A DNA stretch of 64,000 nucleotides from the human T2T-CHM13v2.0 reference genome, Homo sapiens, in assembly GCF_009914755.1 (NCBI RefSeq), contig NC_060927.1; one strand, 5' to 3'. This document shows positions 13,831 through 28,200 of this stretch, piece by piece. Under the pieces are notes generated by a model. The model was not told the DNA's origin. It ran no database searches and saw only the letters and a program-made list of their open reading frames with translations. The position numbers and the translations under genes are program-made. Position 1 is the first letter of the stretch. The number at the start of each line of letters is the position of its first letter.

Positions 13831-14011
13831 TCACATGCACAGGTGCAGCCATATGGGTGAAGATCAGTATGCATTCTAATTACTCAGTGGCTTTTTGAAT
13901 AATTGGAATATCAGTTTTGTATATACCAGTTCAGCAGCAGATTTCCAAATTCTTACTCATCTTAACTTTTTGATTATCAACTCTCAGCTTCATTTAACAT
14001 TCATATAAAGC

Positions 14012-14203
14012 ATTTGTTCTCAAATTCTGGTCCCCAGACCAGCAATCTTAACATCATAGTGTGGGCTTGGGACACTGTTAGAAATAGAAATTCTCAATCT
14101 CCATCCTGGACACATTGAACCAGAAACTGAGAGGGAGGCTCAGTAATGGGTACTTTACAAGCCCTGCAGGTGATTTGGTTAACTCTAAAGTTTAAAAACT
14201 ATT
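14012..14203. mobile_element. MER5A (hAT-Charlie MITE)
   Basis: gttctcaaa...ggtccccagaccagca...gttagaaat...caagccctgcaggtgatt...aaagtttaaaaacta. Confidence 0.75.
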
Positions 14204-17200
14204 CATCTTAAGTATAAATGCATTTTACTCCCAAAGTGGCCATTTCTTTTGGCACTTCTTGCTGAAGTCCAGGCTTTTTAAGATGAATGTATAATCATTT
14301 GAAGATTGAACATTTTTACTTGAACAATGTATATTACTCACCCTAAAAATTATCGATTTTTTTTTCCTTAAAAACATGTCAAAAATAACTCAGATACATG
14401 TGTATTTGGGGAATTTCTATCCAAGAAGGATGAACTCAAATAGCAAATTAACCTTGAAAACATCCTTATAATTCTAACATTACATATGAGTGCTTTCCAA
14501 GTCCTTGCGATTTTCTCTTTCCAGATTTTATCTTTTCTCTCCAAGGTAATTATTGTCGCAGGACAATTCCTGATCTCATTACTTTTATCTCTATATTGAA
14601 TGCATTGTTATGATCCAGTTTGCAAGGGCTAGAGGAACCCCCTTGTCAATAAAAATAATGACAGTAATAATAAGCAAAAATCAACCCCTGTATCAAACTC
14701 TTAAAACTTCACTATAACAAAGAATATCTAATCCACTGTTTTATTTGCATTAAGCTGAGTTAGTGTTAGCCATGTCTAGTTTTTTTCCTTATATACTTAT
14801 GGTTTTTTTATTGAGAAAATTACCTAGCCAACAGGCAAACAGAAATCATGTTGGTAAGCCAAGAGATTGTCTTCTCTACTGCTCTATTTAACAAAACATT
14901 TGAAGAAGAAATTTAAAGATAGAATAGTTCATTGTTATAAAATTTCCTTACTGCTGTGAAGACAAATTATGCAATGCAAGAAAAGACAGGATATAGATAT
15001 ATTTATTTCTTAATTACATGCCCCATATAGAATATTTAATAATTCATTTCAACTTGTTATTGTGTAGTTATCATGTAAATAGAAGATTACATTATGAATA
15101 AAAATGAATATTCACTCGCATTTTTTCCCGAAGTGAAAAACATGATTCAATTAAGGGTATTCTTTTGAGCTCAAGTGATTGATGCTTTACTTTAAATGTA
15201 TTCCTGTCTTCTGTACTCTTCAATACAGAAATGAACAGTAACAGCTACGGGAATAGAAAAAAAGGGGGGGAAAGATAATACCACAGGATTACTGTGATTC
15301 TCATACACCACCACTACTCAGTGGGGAAAAGAAACATTCTAAATACACATGAAGAAGAGGAAGAGAAGCATGTCACAAATTCTCAGATACATTTGGTAAC
15401 TAATTTTTAGAAGCAAAGAAAGTACTTTGTCACTAAGTACTTACATGGCTGTGAAAAAAATAGTCTAGATGGGGTCACTTTTCAAAGCTTCTCAACTCAT
15501 CTATAAACTTCACCATTCCTTAACATTAGGTATTTAATGTTTTCAAGTATCTAAAGTGAATGATATAGTAGAGAGTGCTTACCTGAGTGAGGGAAGCTAA
15601 TTTGAGAGTTACTGCCTGGTTCCTATTATGAAAGAAACCCTTGCTTTTGTATATATCTTGAATTCAAACAGCTATCTCCTTGAACTCTAAAGGAGAAGTC
15701 CTGATTGAGGAACAGAGGATAGCAGTGGGCTTTGGAAGCCAGCACACAAGTCTAATCTAGCTAAAAGGAAGACAGGCTCTGCAAAATTTGCTCAGTCCTT
15801 TTTGGAGCTTTTTGTAAATCAGAGATCTAAATGACTTTTAACTCTAGTGACAGAAACACAAAAATTTCAAGTTTGTACAAAACTGAGAAAAATCAGAGAA
15901 ACCACTTCGTCTAGCTGCTCAGCCAGTGTACAAAATCCCTTCAGAATGCCCATAGCTTAATACCTGGCTCCATGTGTGACACACACCATTTGAATAGGAT
16001 GGGGAAGAATTAGAAATGTTCACTCTGATTATGTTCAAAGATCAACTTGTCATAGATGTTTGTATCAACAGCAGAGAAAAACTTGTTTTATATCCTGGCA
16101 TAAATAAAATGTGCGTCTCCTCTAATCCTTAATTTCCTCCTCCAGCAAATGCTCCCCTCTCTGCTACTCCCAATGTCTGCTCTCTAGCACGTGTAGTGTA
16201 GATAAATGAGCAATAGCTCTCCTCACTTTGTTTTCCTAAGGAAAACGTTACAAGAAGAATCATTTTTAAGCCCTTGTATAAAGAGTTCCCTCTGCCTGGA
16301 GCACCTGTACTTGCCTGGTAGATGTTGGGATGCCACCTTCTCCATGTAGTCTTAGGTATGTCTGCATCATAGCACTTATGTCACTGCCATAAGAAGGGTT
16401 AAATGCCTGTTTCTCCTAACAGAGAGTGGATCTCATAACAGAGAGAGGAAGACCTGATATTACTCATCATCCTGTCCCTAGGATCTATCATACATCTCTA
16501 AATAGTTGCCTATTAAATTCATGTTGAATTAATTTCACATTTTGATTTTAAAATGGAAATATGCATATGGAGTCTCAATGGATTTTGTATGTGAACAGGG
16601 TTTAACTTAATTCTCTGTCATTCTTTGGCACTTCGCCTTATCTGTTGAACACACTTCAGGGGATTTTTATGGCACTTAATGCTGGAAAACCATCTGGCAC
16701 AAACACAAACTATTATTTTTTCTCTGGGAAGAAGCTTACCATCAAACACAAATTGTGCTATTTATGGGAACTCTCTCTTTTCAAGGGATGTAGCCAAGGA
16801 ATAATATGGAGATTGTTTTGCTTTTTAAACATTTAAATGAATAACTAACAGGTTCTTTTTAAATCTGAGAAATACAATGAATAATTCCAGTGATGACTCT
16901 GCATTTTAAGGGTTATCTAAAAGACAAAATTCTTTTAAATATGCACATAAAAATGTTCAGTACTCGGGAAATGCTAGTCCTTTGTTAACACCATTTTTAA
17001 ACTTCTAAAATGAAATATTTATGCTCTAAAACCAATACAGAGAAATTGAGTATGGCATCATTAACACATTTCCTCCCTACATAGTCACATAACACATACT
17101 CTGTGTTTGCTGAAGAACACCTTAGGGGAAAAGACTAAATTTCCTACTCCTCCATAAGTCAAAGAAGGTCTTCCCTCTATAGTTTTGTAGAATTTGCAAT

Positions 17201-17607
17201 CTCTAATTCATAAATCTGAGAATAGTTCTGATTGTTCCTTTTATGAACTTGCCCCAGAGATCATTTCTAAAATGTTCAATTATTAATGAGATCCACAGGG
17301 TCCACAAAATAATGGCTTACAGTTGAGCCAAATGTTTTGCCAGTGTTAGAATAAACATCATCACAGTTCTCCGAGGCACTTTGGTTACATTGAGAAAGGC
17401 TGGAGAACAAGACCACAAGTAACTTCTAAAACCTGAACTCTTTTGGTGGAGTCTACCCATATTCAATTCCTTTAGCTGTTCATTCATTCACAAAGAACTT
17501 ATTGAACAGTTACTGCACACCAGATGCTCTTGTAGGTACTGATGAATTAGAGATAGAGTGGTGAACAAGTCAGACTAAAAAATTAAGTTGCATGTATAAA
17601 TCTTCTA

Positions 17608-17893
17608 GCCTGGCACAGTGGCTTACACTTGTAATCCCAGCACTTTGGGAGGCCACAGTGGTAAGATCACTTGAAGCCAGGATTTTGAGACCGGCTTGGG
17701 CAACAAAGCAAAACCCCCAACTCTGCTAAAAAATTTTTTTAAAGCCAGGTGTGGTGGCATGTGCCTGCAGTCTCAGCTACTCAGGAGGCTGAGGTAGGAA
17801 GATCACTTAGGTCCAGGAATTTGAGGCTGCAGTGAGCCAGTGTACTCCAGCCTAGTCAACGGAGTGAGATACTTTCTCTTAATAAAACAAAAA
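17608..17893 (+). mobile_element. Alu (AluJ-like)
   Basis: Diverged dimeric Alu with gaggctgcagtgagcc J-type right arm. Confidence 0.9.
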
Positions 17894-18480
17894 GCCCCAA
17901 AAACGTCTCTATAAAAAAATACCATAGGCAAAGTAATATAAATTTGTAAAAATACTAGAAAAAAATGTGTAACTCCTTTTGCAGAGGGGTTAATCTTCCA
18001 GCTACATAAAGAATACATAGAAAATTAGGAGAAAAAGACACCAGCCCTTAGAATAATTGGCAAGAGCTTCACCAAATTCAGTAAGATAAATTATGTCGAA
18101 GTATCTATGGCTTCTTGGGATAGAATAGGGCCCTATAATGAGAATAAATACCAATTTTGGCCAAAATAAAGGAAAATGAATGTTCTGTATAAATCAATTC
18201 GGTGCCCTGGCTGAAATTCTAGATATGGATGAAAATTGTGAATAAACTGTGCTTTTATGAAAATTATGGTTTTGGAGAAAAAAGAAAAAAATGTTTTTAA
18301 TAGGAAAAGTTGAGCAAACTGACCCCATCTCAGGGCACCCCTGTGACCAAACAGAACTCTGAAGTGGGACATTTTATATGCAAAATCTGGGGAAATCATC
18401 CAACTTCTTAAATAATGCTTTCCTCCCAGACTTAGAAAAATATTTGGTGGACCCACAGAAAGCATTGCTTTTGTTTTAAC

Positions 18481-18772
18481 TTTTTTTTTTTGAGCAAGAG
18501 TCTCACTCTGTCACCCAGGCTAGAGTGCAATGGCACGATCTTGGCTCATCACAGCAACTCCGCCTCCTGGGTTCAAGCATTTCTCCTGCCTCAGCCTCCC
18601 GAGTAGCTGGGACTACAGGCATCTGCCACCACACCCAGCTAATTATTGTATTTTTAGTAGAGACGGGGTTTCACTGTATTGGCCAGGCTGGTCTCAAACT
18701 CCTGACCTTGTGATCTGCCTGCCTCAGCCTCCCAAAGTGCTAGGATTACAGATGTGAGCCACCATGCCCAGC
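18481..18772 (-). mobile_element. Alu (AluS)
   Basis: Poly-T followed by the reverse complement of a full dimeric Alu; source of ORFs 18525..18713 and 18530..18757. Confidence 0.93.
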
Positions 18773-19759
18773 AACTTTTATATAACCAAAATTGCAGAAC
18801 GAAGTGGTTTGGGGACTAGATTAACTCTTGGAGGGAGGGAGGGTAAGCTGGGAAGGGACAGTGGCAATGACTCTAGAAGCCTGAATTATCTGAACATGTA
18901 CACATAACTGATTTCTTTTTGTGCTTAAAGTTTTCCTATTGCATTAAGAAAAAAAATTTTTTGTTTTCTGCCTGGCTATGTAGGCAGGTATAGGTGAGTT
19001 GTGTCAGCAAGAAAGTTCTAATCCAAAGAGTTTAGTGTTTAGTTAGGTGCTAACAGCACACTATCCACCGGTAGTATTTAGTTGTCCTTGGTAGGATTTT
19101 GGCCAGAGGAATTTTTCCTGGGGTGATTCTTGGAGGAAGAGTTTAGTGTGTCATAAATGTATTAAGGAGATGCTGCTATTCTGTCACACAGTGGTTGTTT
19201 GTGTGAGGCATTTATGGAACACTCCAATGTGTCAGGTAGTGAGCTGAAGGCTTGATATGAATATTTCATGTGGAATAAGTGAATGAATACATGATATGAA
19301 TATCCTCACTTATTCCCTTTAAAAGCCTATGAGTGAATTGCAACTATCATGGGAATTTTACAGATCGGTGGATTGAGAATCTAAGAGCTAGAGCAGCTTA
19401 ACCACAAAGTATGAACGGAAGAGAACTTGTACTGAAGTCTAACTCCAGAAACCAAACTTGTAGCCCCACTTCTCAACCCAAAAGAGAGTGTACAATGATA
19501 AATAACCTTATTATGTGATTTCACAGTGGCTTATCCTTCAGAGGACATAAGACTAAATAGTGCATAGGAATTATTATTGATTTCTGTGACAATTAACTCA
19601 TATAATTTCACTCAGTCTATCACAGGCCCATAAATGGATTAAATAATATTATGTGCATCACTCTTCTGAGGGTCTTCTTCAATTTTTCAGTACCTATTCC
19701 AATAAAATAATGTTGATATGCTAAGCAAAATAAAAAAGACTATGCAATGTTTTGCTTAT

Positions 19760-20430
19760 ATCCCCAAATGTGAAGCTTTCAGACATTAGGAAGTATGCTT
19801 GGGAATACAAAGCAGGTGATGGGGAAAGAAGTCAGCTCTTGCACAAAGTTTGTAGGTTCATTTAAAGATTATGTTCTCTATTCTGTTAACATGGAAGGCT
19901 GTGCAAATTTTTTTTTTTTGAAAAAAGAAATAAAACATGTTTGCATTTGTATGACATCACTCTGGCAGGGGCAGGGAGTCTAGATGAGAAGAGGAGGGCA
20001 AGACTGGGGAAGGAGTGAAAGGTAAAAGGATCATTATAGCTGCACAAGTAAGAGATGGCCACATCTAAGAATTTGATTATGACGGTGAAAACAGAGAAAT
20101 GAGTAATCATTTGGCTAATATGTAAATTAAAAATTTTCAGAATTGATGATGAATTTTGAGGGGTGGTCTCAAAGATGCCTTGCAGGTTTCTGCCTCTTGC
20201 AAATGCACGATTGGAGATTTCATTTCCTAGAATGGTTGATATTCAAAGAAGTCCCAAGGTTTGGGGGAAGAGCATGAGTTGGGTTAGGATACGTTGAGTT
20301 TAATGATCCTTAAAAACACCTAAGTAAAATGTGGGCTCTGCAGCTATGTGGTCGGTAGATTAGAGATGAATTCTAGGCTGTAGCTAAATTGGGAAATTAA
20401 TCAGCAACAGATGGTAACTGAAGCCACTGG
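19760..20430 (-). mobile_element. L2 fragment
   Basis: gcatgagttgggttaggatacgttgagtttaatgatcct...cagatggtaactgaagcc, L2-like; boundaries approximate. Confidence 0.55.
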
Positions 20431-21518
20431 GAAATGTCATTTGAAAGACAAACAAAAAGAATTTTCCTGTTTAAGCACTGAAACACAATCCTTCATCAGC
20501 TGCAACATTTGAATGAGTGAACTAAGACTCCAACTGACCATTTATGGGACAACATATTTCCAAATTCTTCACTGGACATCATCACTTAGCTTTAAAAAAG
20601 TCTTTAAGTCTTTTCTGAAAGTGCTTAAGATCTTAAAGTTCCAAACAAAGAATGAATCATTCTCTTTTCATCCTCACACTAAGTTAACTAGAAAGTTAAC
20701 ATATTTCTCTCTGTATATAGAAAATAATCTCTCAGAATTTGGTCTCTAGAGGCCAAATTCATAAGGATAAAAGTCCTATCACTAGAACAGCAAGAGGGGA
20801 TTCGTAAAGTCCAACTATAGAAGGCTACAGTGAGTTGTCCTCCAAACCTGGCAGTAAGGTTGTTCTCCCTGAGTTAAAATTGTAGTGGATGGAATTAACA
20901 TTTACGGAAATCTTATAAAGGGGAGGTCAAAAGCAGGAAGGCAGGATGGGGGTATTAATCAAGGGCTGACTATATATAAAAGAGAGCTGTGTCTTAATGA
21001 ATGTTATTAACATATCTGAACTAAGACTATTAGTTGAATAGGTTTCACCCTGGCATCTAGAGAAAGGGAATTTAAAGATTAACTTCACATAGAATTATTT
21101 TTCTCTCTGATAAATATAGGGGAGAAAACCACACCACTACATGATCTTACTTTTGAATGTGCCATTCGTTGCTGTCTATGACAACCAGAGAAAAAAGGGT
21201 CCATTCAGTAAATCATGTATTTTTTAATATTTTACAAATATATCATTTAAAAGTCTCAATAATTACAAAAATGTAAGCACCTCCAGCTTCTAAATGTAGG
21301 GAAACAAACAAAAAGCTGCAACTCAGTGAGATTTCTAAAATTCTACTCTATGTTTTTTCAATATTTTCAGATATTAATTTTCAGTTTTTAAATTGACCTC
21401 TTAAAGGTATATTCAGTGATTTGAGGAAGAAATGCCAAACAGAGACTGCATTTGGCGTGTATTTTTTTTTTCCAATGGCATTTGCCGTTAGCACTGAGGA
21501 AGAAAAAAGTTTTCTCTA

Positions 21519-21866
<348 letters not shown>

Positions 21867-24109
21867 TTAAAAAATTTTTTAGACCATCTGATTTTCTATG
21901 AGATCTTAATCTCCAAATTGTTTGAATTTACCATGGTCAAAGCTAGTTAAAAAAATTAGTAAACATCTACATTTTATGACAAATTGAGACATTCCAATCT
22001 GAAATACAGCGGTTGTCTAAGTGATGTTGTTAATATCACTGCTTTCATTTCCTAAACCAGCAAGTGATTTTTTTTCCCCTTGGGCATATATTAACAATTT
22101 ACTTTTTGTAGACAAGTGCACAAATATGATTAGCTTTTGCAAATTGCTCCTTATTCTGTTACTGGTAAGTAATTTTTATATTATTACACCGTAAACAGAT
22201 GCTATTTTCCACTACATATTCAGCTGTAATTAGCTAATTTAATGTGTTAAAACAACAAAAGAACTTCAAGAATGATTCAATGATTCAAGCTGCATGGAAA
22301 CTAAGAGAAATCAAGCATGAAGTTTGTAAAATTATTCCAAAATTTAGTTTTTGATAAGGAATTGTAGAGTGCCTGTTCCTTAAAGTTGTTTATCTGTAGT
22401 TGTGTTTTCACCTTTGCAGGGCTGGTCCTGCACACAAACTTCCAAGCAGAAGGGCTACACAGGTGCCTCTGCTCATTGCTCTTCCATTTCCTAAAACTTG
22501 AGCTATTAGTTCAAGTATCACTCCTCTGCATTGAAGACTAGTTTTGTTTATATATTTGTTCATTTCAATATTGATACATGCGGCAATGTTTCTGCCTGTG
22601 ACATAGCAATATATCTATATATACATTATTGCAAAAGTGCTGCAAGAAGAGGAGATGTAGAACATGCAGCCATGGAGATAGGATAAAAACTCAAAAAAAT
22701 CTAGTGTCATGGAAGCAAGAGTGATAAGAGCTTCTGAAAGGGAATGCCTATCACTATTGACTGCTGCTGCTATAACAGATAGGAGGGTGTAGAAGTGTCC
22801 GTTAGATTTCGCAACATGTATATTATTGGTAACTGTCATACAAGACAGGACAATTTAATGCTAATTCATTCACTGGAACAATAGATTTTGAAAACAATAG
22901 ATTTTGGAAGGGAAATAAAGGATCTGAATGCTTGGTCATGAATTAGCTAATTGGAATGGCTTCCAGAAGCAAACTTCACCCATCTGACGCGATCGTTCTT
23001 AACTGAGCACTATTATCTTATTTAGTACTACTAATAGGTATTTCCATATTATAAGTGAGTATCTGGAAACAGATCTGCATTTGATTCTATCATTTAGAAA
23101 AGCACAAAGATGAGGTAATATCTTTAATAGCATTAATAAGTTATCTTAAATACTTTCACTCTTTTCAAAAAAAAAATCCATGATGTAGAAAATCTTAAAA
23201 GTACAAATAAGGAAAAGGTGTAATATAAAGTAACTTATAAACTAGTTATCCAGTGTTAATTCTTTCAGACTTTCAGGGATATATTTTTCTATCAGTAGGT
23301 ACATAGTAGGTGCTCAGTATCTATTTGTTGAATGATAATTACATATTATTATACAAAAAAAATGAATCACACTGTGCATACTGTTACAGTAACCACTGTC
23401 TTCAACATTTCTTCATTTGACGAAGATTTCTTGGTTTACATCCTCATGATGGTTGGCATTCTTAGGGAGAAGTGCTATACCTTCGTACAGTCAGAAACAA
23501 GCTATAAACATGAAGGTGCAGTTCTCAACTAGGCCCCGAACTTTATTTATATACCCAACATAATTCATTTCACCTCCAGTATGAATTTTTTTCTACTCCT
23601 AAAATATTAATAGAAAGGTTATAGAAAAGGTTATCATCAAATTACTGAATAGAATGATTTATTGGTTATCTTTAAAATAAATCGTTAAAGACTACAGAGG
23701 AGTCAAATCTTAATTATCCATAGAAATATCATTAACTTTAGGCTTTCCTCCACAGATTAGTATTTTAAGATTGACTTTCCTCTGGTCTTCAGTAGCCCTA
23801 GTGTCTGTAATGGCCATGACTTGCTAAATCACCAAAACCTCATGGAGCAGAATGGCCTGAAAACCAGAATGCTCACTGCAGAAAAACTATGTTAAAAAAA
23901 AAAAACTATTTCTTCTAAGCCTCTCTAGCTTAGGGCATATTTGTCATCGCAGCTTTGTGTTAACATAACTAATACAAATCATTTTCATGGATTTTTACGT
24001 GAGCACTAAGAGCGTAAAGATATCCTAATAATGGCTTCCAAAAATTCCAAAGAATATATTTTATGTATTATTTAAATGACTTTATGTAAACTTCATACTT
24101 TTCCTCCAA

Positions 24110-24250
24110 GTTGGATTTTATTTTGCCCATTTCAAAGATGAGGAAACTAAGGAACACAGTGTTTAAATAACTTCCCAAGGTCCACAAGTAGTAAACGACA
24201 GAGGCGAGATTTGAAACCAGGTCTCCCTGTCTCCAAAGTTCATTGCACCA
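24110..24250 (-). mobile_element. MIR
   Basis: cccatttcaaagatgaggaaactaagg...aacttcccaaggtccaca...gatttgaaaccaggtct MIR core. Confidence 0.75.
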
Positions 24251-24419
24251 TGAAGAATTTCTCAAATATTTCTGTCTTAAATGCAGATATTCTTCAGCTT
24301 GAAAAATAGATCCAGAAAGGGGAGAGAGAATGAAATAGAAGTATTTTTCTGACAGAGTATAATTCCCACTTTCTTCTTTTACACCAGAAACTAAATAGAA
24401 AAAAAAATGTAAAATATGC

Positions 24420-24890
24420 TAGCTAGTTCGTGGGGTGCAATCTCAGGGGCATATAAAAGAAATGCGTTTCTTCTTCCGTGACACACAGCCAGACTACACT
24501 TCTCTCAGAGTTCACTGGCTACTTGACTGAGTGATAGAAATAAGTGCCAGTGAACAGGATCTGCAACATGTCCAGCCCTGATGCACTAAAAATTCCTAAG
24601 TGTAGTTTTCCTGGCTCTTTCCTTTCTGCCTGCTTGATGCAGACAAATGCAGCAATCTTGGAAGCTACCCATTAAATATATTAAAACAATATGATGGAAG
24701 GTACTGGATTCCTGAATTGCCACATGAAAGAGGTGTGGTGGATCAAATGGATCATAACATTTGATTCAATGGATCAAAAACTCTTATTTTGGATATTACA
24801 TGAGCAAAACTTAAGTATCTAATTTGTTAGAGCCACTATGCATCTTTTGATTGATGTATACAGCAGCCAGAGTTACATGAAACTAACAAA
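24420..24890 (+). mobile_element. Old MaLR LTR (MLT1-type)
   Basis: cagactacacttctctcag...tacagcagccagagttacatgaaactaaca; boundaries approximate. Confidence 0.5.
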
Positions 24891-26024
24891 TACATCTACT
24901 TACTATTATGCTCTAATCCTGGAGAAACAGAGTACTCAGCCAAAGTAAAGAAGAGAGAGTTCATGAGCATATGGAAACAATGAAGTCTGTAAGATTTCAT
25001 TTTAGCTAATCTTTGTCTAAATGAAGCATCAAAGTGCTCTGAAAATCTACAAGTTCTATGGCCTTAAGAAAAAGAAGAATATAACATATATTTTTGGAGG
25101 CCTCTTTTGAGTATTTCTTTAGAAAGACTAGAGTAAAGTAATACCTAGAAGATGTGCTGAACCTCAGATTTGGACTAAACAAAATCACTTTTTCCATTTT
25201 TTGTGTGTGTGTGTGGATAAACCCAAATCACTTTTTCCATATTTTTTTTGTCAGTTCTTACTAAGTCAATATTTACTTTGTATGGTTGGCATAACTAGTT
25301 TCTCAAATGTTCCACCTGAAACTAGAGATAGAATATGACTGTGGGGTTTTCTTACCATTGCAGGAAAGCCAGGTAACGTCTTTGTGCCACAGTGCAATCG
25401 AATTTTGGTTTCTGATATTCCTCTTTGACTTTGACCGAATAAATAAAAAGACCCTGTGACTTCCTAAGGAGACTTGCAAATGATTGATGAAAACTCTCCA
25501 AGATCTTAATATAATGTATGTCAAAAATAAAAACTACTTTTATTTCAGGAACCCTTCAAGTGTACAGCTTTTTCATCCTTCTTCATTTTTCCTGGCTGTC
25601 CTTTCTCATCATAATTTAGAAAGATTTTTTTAAAAATTCACTTCTGCCTTTACTTTCAGGAGACCCAAAGATGATCTTGTGATTATTTTTTTTCCATCTT
25701 ACGTAAATTTTATCTATGGATCTTAAGTCCCTTTGGCAAACATTCAAGATGAGAAACATTGCCTTGCAGTAGGTATGTAAAGGTAAAGATAGCATAACTC
25801 TTCATTAAAATCTTAACACAACCTAGAATATCACAAACCACAGGTCTAGGAGCTGAGCATTAGTCATTAAGTCTTATTCTAGGTAAAACGGAATGAAACT
25901 AAGTTTGTATTTACTGGTCCTGAGTTTAAATTTTGGATTTCCTTTCTATGGATTATGTGACCTTGACCAAGTTACTTTTCTCCATATCTCAGTTTCTTCA
26001 TTTGAAAAATTATTGCAGAAAAAG

Positions 26025-26444
26025 TGATATGGTTTTAATGTGTGTTCCCAACAAATCTCATGTTGAAATGTGATCCCCAGTGTTAGAGGTGGCACTTAGT
26101 GGGAGGTGTTTGGGTCATGGGGGGGGTGAACCCTCATGATTGACTTAGTGCCATCCCCTTGGTGAGGGTGACTTATTACTCTATTAGTTCATGCAAGAGC
26201 TGGTTGTTTAAAGGAGGCTGGCACCTCCTCCTCTCTCTCACTTCCTCTCTTGCCATGTGACATGCCCACTCCCCCTTCACCTTTCACCATGACTGCAAAC
26301 TTCCTGAGCCCCTCGCCAGAAACAAATACTGGCACTATGCTTTATGTACAGTCCTCAGAACTGTAAGCTAAAATAAATGTCTTTTCTTTATAAATTATCC
26401 AGCCTCAGGTATTTCTTCACAGCAATGCAAAATGGAGTAACACA
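26025..26444 (+). mobile_element. MSTB-like MaLR solo LTR
   Basis: tgatatggtttt...caaatctcatgttgaaatgtgatcccc...agcaatgcaaaatggagtaacaca; 5-bp flanks aaaag/acaag. Confidence 0.85.
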
Positions 26445-27319
26445 ACAAGCTCTTCTTTGCTTTGTGAGAATCAAATTAGAGAAGCACAATTTCAGTGCCT
26501 TGAGCAAAGTCTACATTTTAGGGAGAAGTACTGGAGTCTCCATCCTGGGTCTTTGATTTACTTACTATATCACATTAGAACATTTTTGTAGAAGGAATAA
26601 CTTTTCTTTACCAAACTCCCAGATTCATGCTCTTTGGGAGACCTTAACTACTTGCCTCCAATCAGCTTTGGATTAAGCTAATGGGAGGAGAAAATACTAG
26701 TAATCTTAGGAAGGTAGGAAGAAACATACTAAGGGTGTTTTCATGATAACTTACAAGAGTTATGTTAAAAGAGACCCTCAGCATGATCAAACAAGTTTTT
26801 TTTCGTTGATGTGTCATTCTAAGGAAACTGAGGTTCGAAGTCCTCACTCCAGAGACTACAGGATGCAAAATCTAACAGTACCCATCACTGCTCTATGTCC
26901 ATCTAAAGGAAAAGAAGAAGGAAGAGAGCACCACCTCTGAGAGAAGCGCAAAGGGAACAATGTCCTGGGGTGTTAGGAGACCAAGAGAATAGCAGAAAAA
27001 ACAATCCGTGTTTATTTATGCACTTGTTCTTACATCAAATGTTGTTACAATCCATACCATGTTTAAACACTGTGTTAAATCCTAGCGCTGCAGTGGCTAA
27101 GAAACCAAAAGAAAAAAAAATTGACCTGAGACCCACACTTGCCAACCACAAGAGTTAAAGAAAACGGTGAATTTTAAAACATTAAGTTCATAATACATGA
27201 TAGCTATAGATATTACTGCCCAGGAATCTGTTAATGTGATGATACATAGAGCAATCTTGGTACAGATTATGATACTTTTAGGGAATTTCTACACTGTTGC
27301 TTAATGCTTTTTTAAAAAA

Positions 27320-28200
27320 AGGCAAATTAAAACAATGAGATATTATTGTGCACCTATCAGAATGGTCAAAATTCAAAACACTGGCAACATGAAATGCTGG
27401 CAAGGATGTGGAGAAACAGGAACTCTCATTCATTGTTGGTAGAAATGTAAAATGCAACAGCCACATTGGAAGACAGTTTGTCAATTTCTTACAAAACTAA
27501 ACATACTCTTACCGTATAAGGCAGCAATCATGCTCTCTGACATTTACTCAACGAGGTACAAACTTATGTCCAAGAGTAAAAACCCTGCATATATAAATTT
27601 ATAGCAGCTTTATTCACATGTGCCAAAAATGAGAAACAACCAAGTTGTCCTTCAGTATTTGAATAGAGAAACAAACTGTTACATCCAGCTAATGTAACAT
27701 TATTCAATGCTAAAAAGTAATGAGCCATCAAGCCATTAAAAGTCATAGATGCATATTACTAAGTCGAAGAAGCCAATCTGAGAAAGCTACATACTGTATG
27801 AGTCCAACTTCATGACATTCTGGAAAAGACAAAACTATGAAGATAGTAAAAAGATTACACGTTGCCAAGGGTTAGAGTGGAAGAAAAGATAAAAAGGTGG
27901 AACACAGAGAACGTCTAAGGCAATGAAGCTATTCTGTATAATATGGTAACAAATATTATTCTAAATCTGCTCAAACCCATAGAATATACGACACCAATTA
28001 CGAACCCTAAAGTTAATTGCAGACGTTGGTAATAATGATGTGTCAGTGTAGGTAAATCAATTGAAACAAATGTACCATTCTAGAGGGGAATATTGATAAT
28101 GGGTAAAGCTACACAGATCTGGGCACAAGGTAAATGGGAAATCTCTGTACCTTCTGCTTAATACTACTGTGAGCTTCAAACTGCTCTAAAAATAAAGTCG
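27320..28200 (+). mobile_element. L1MC-type (old L1M) 3' portion
   Basis: End-of-ORF2 motifs (aaatgctggcaaggatgtggagaaacaggaactctcattcattg) and 3' terminus gggaaatctctgtacc...actgctctaaaaataaagt. Confidence 0.85.
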
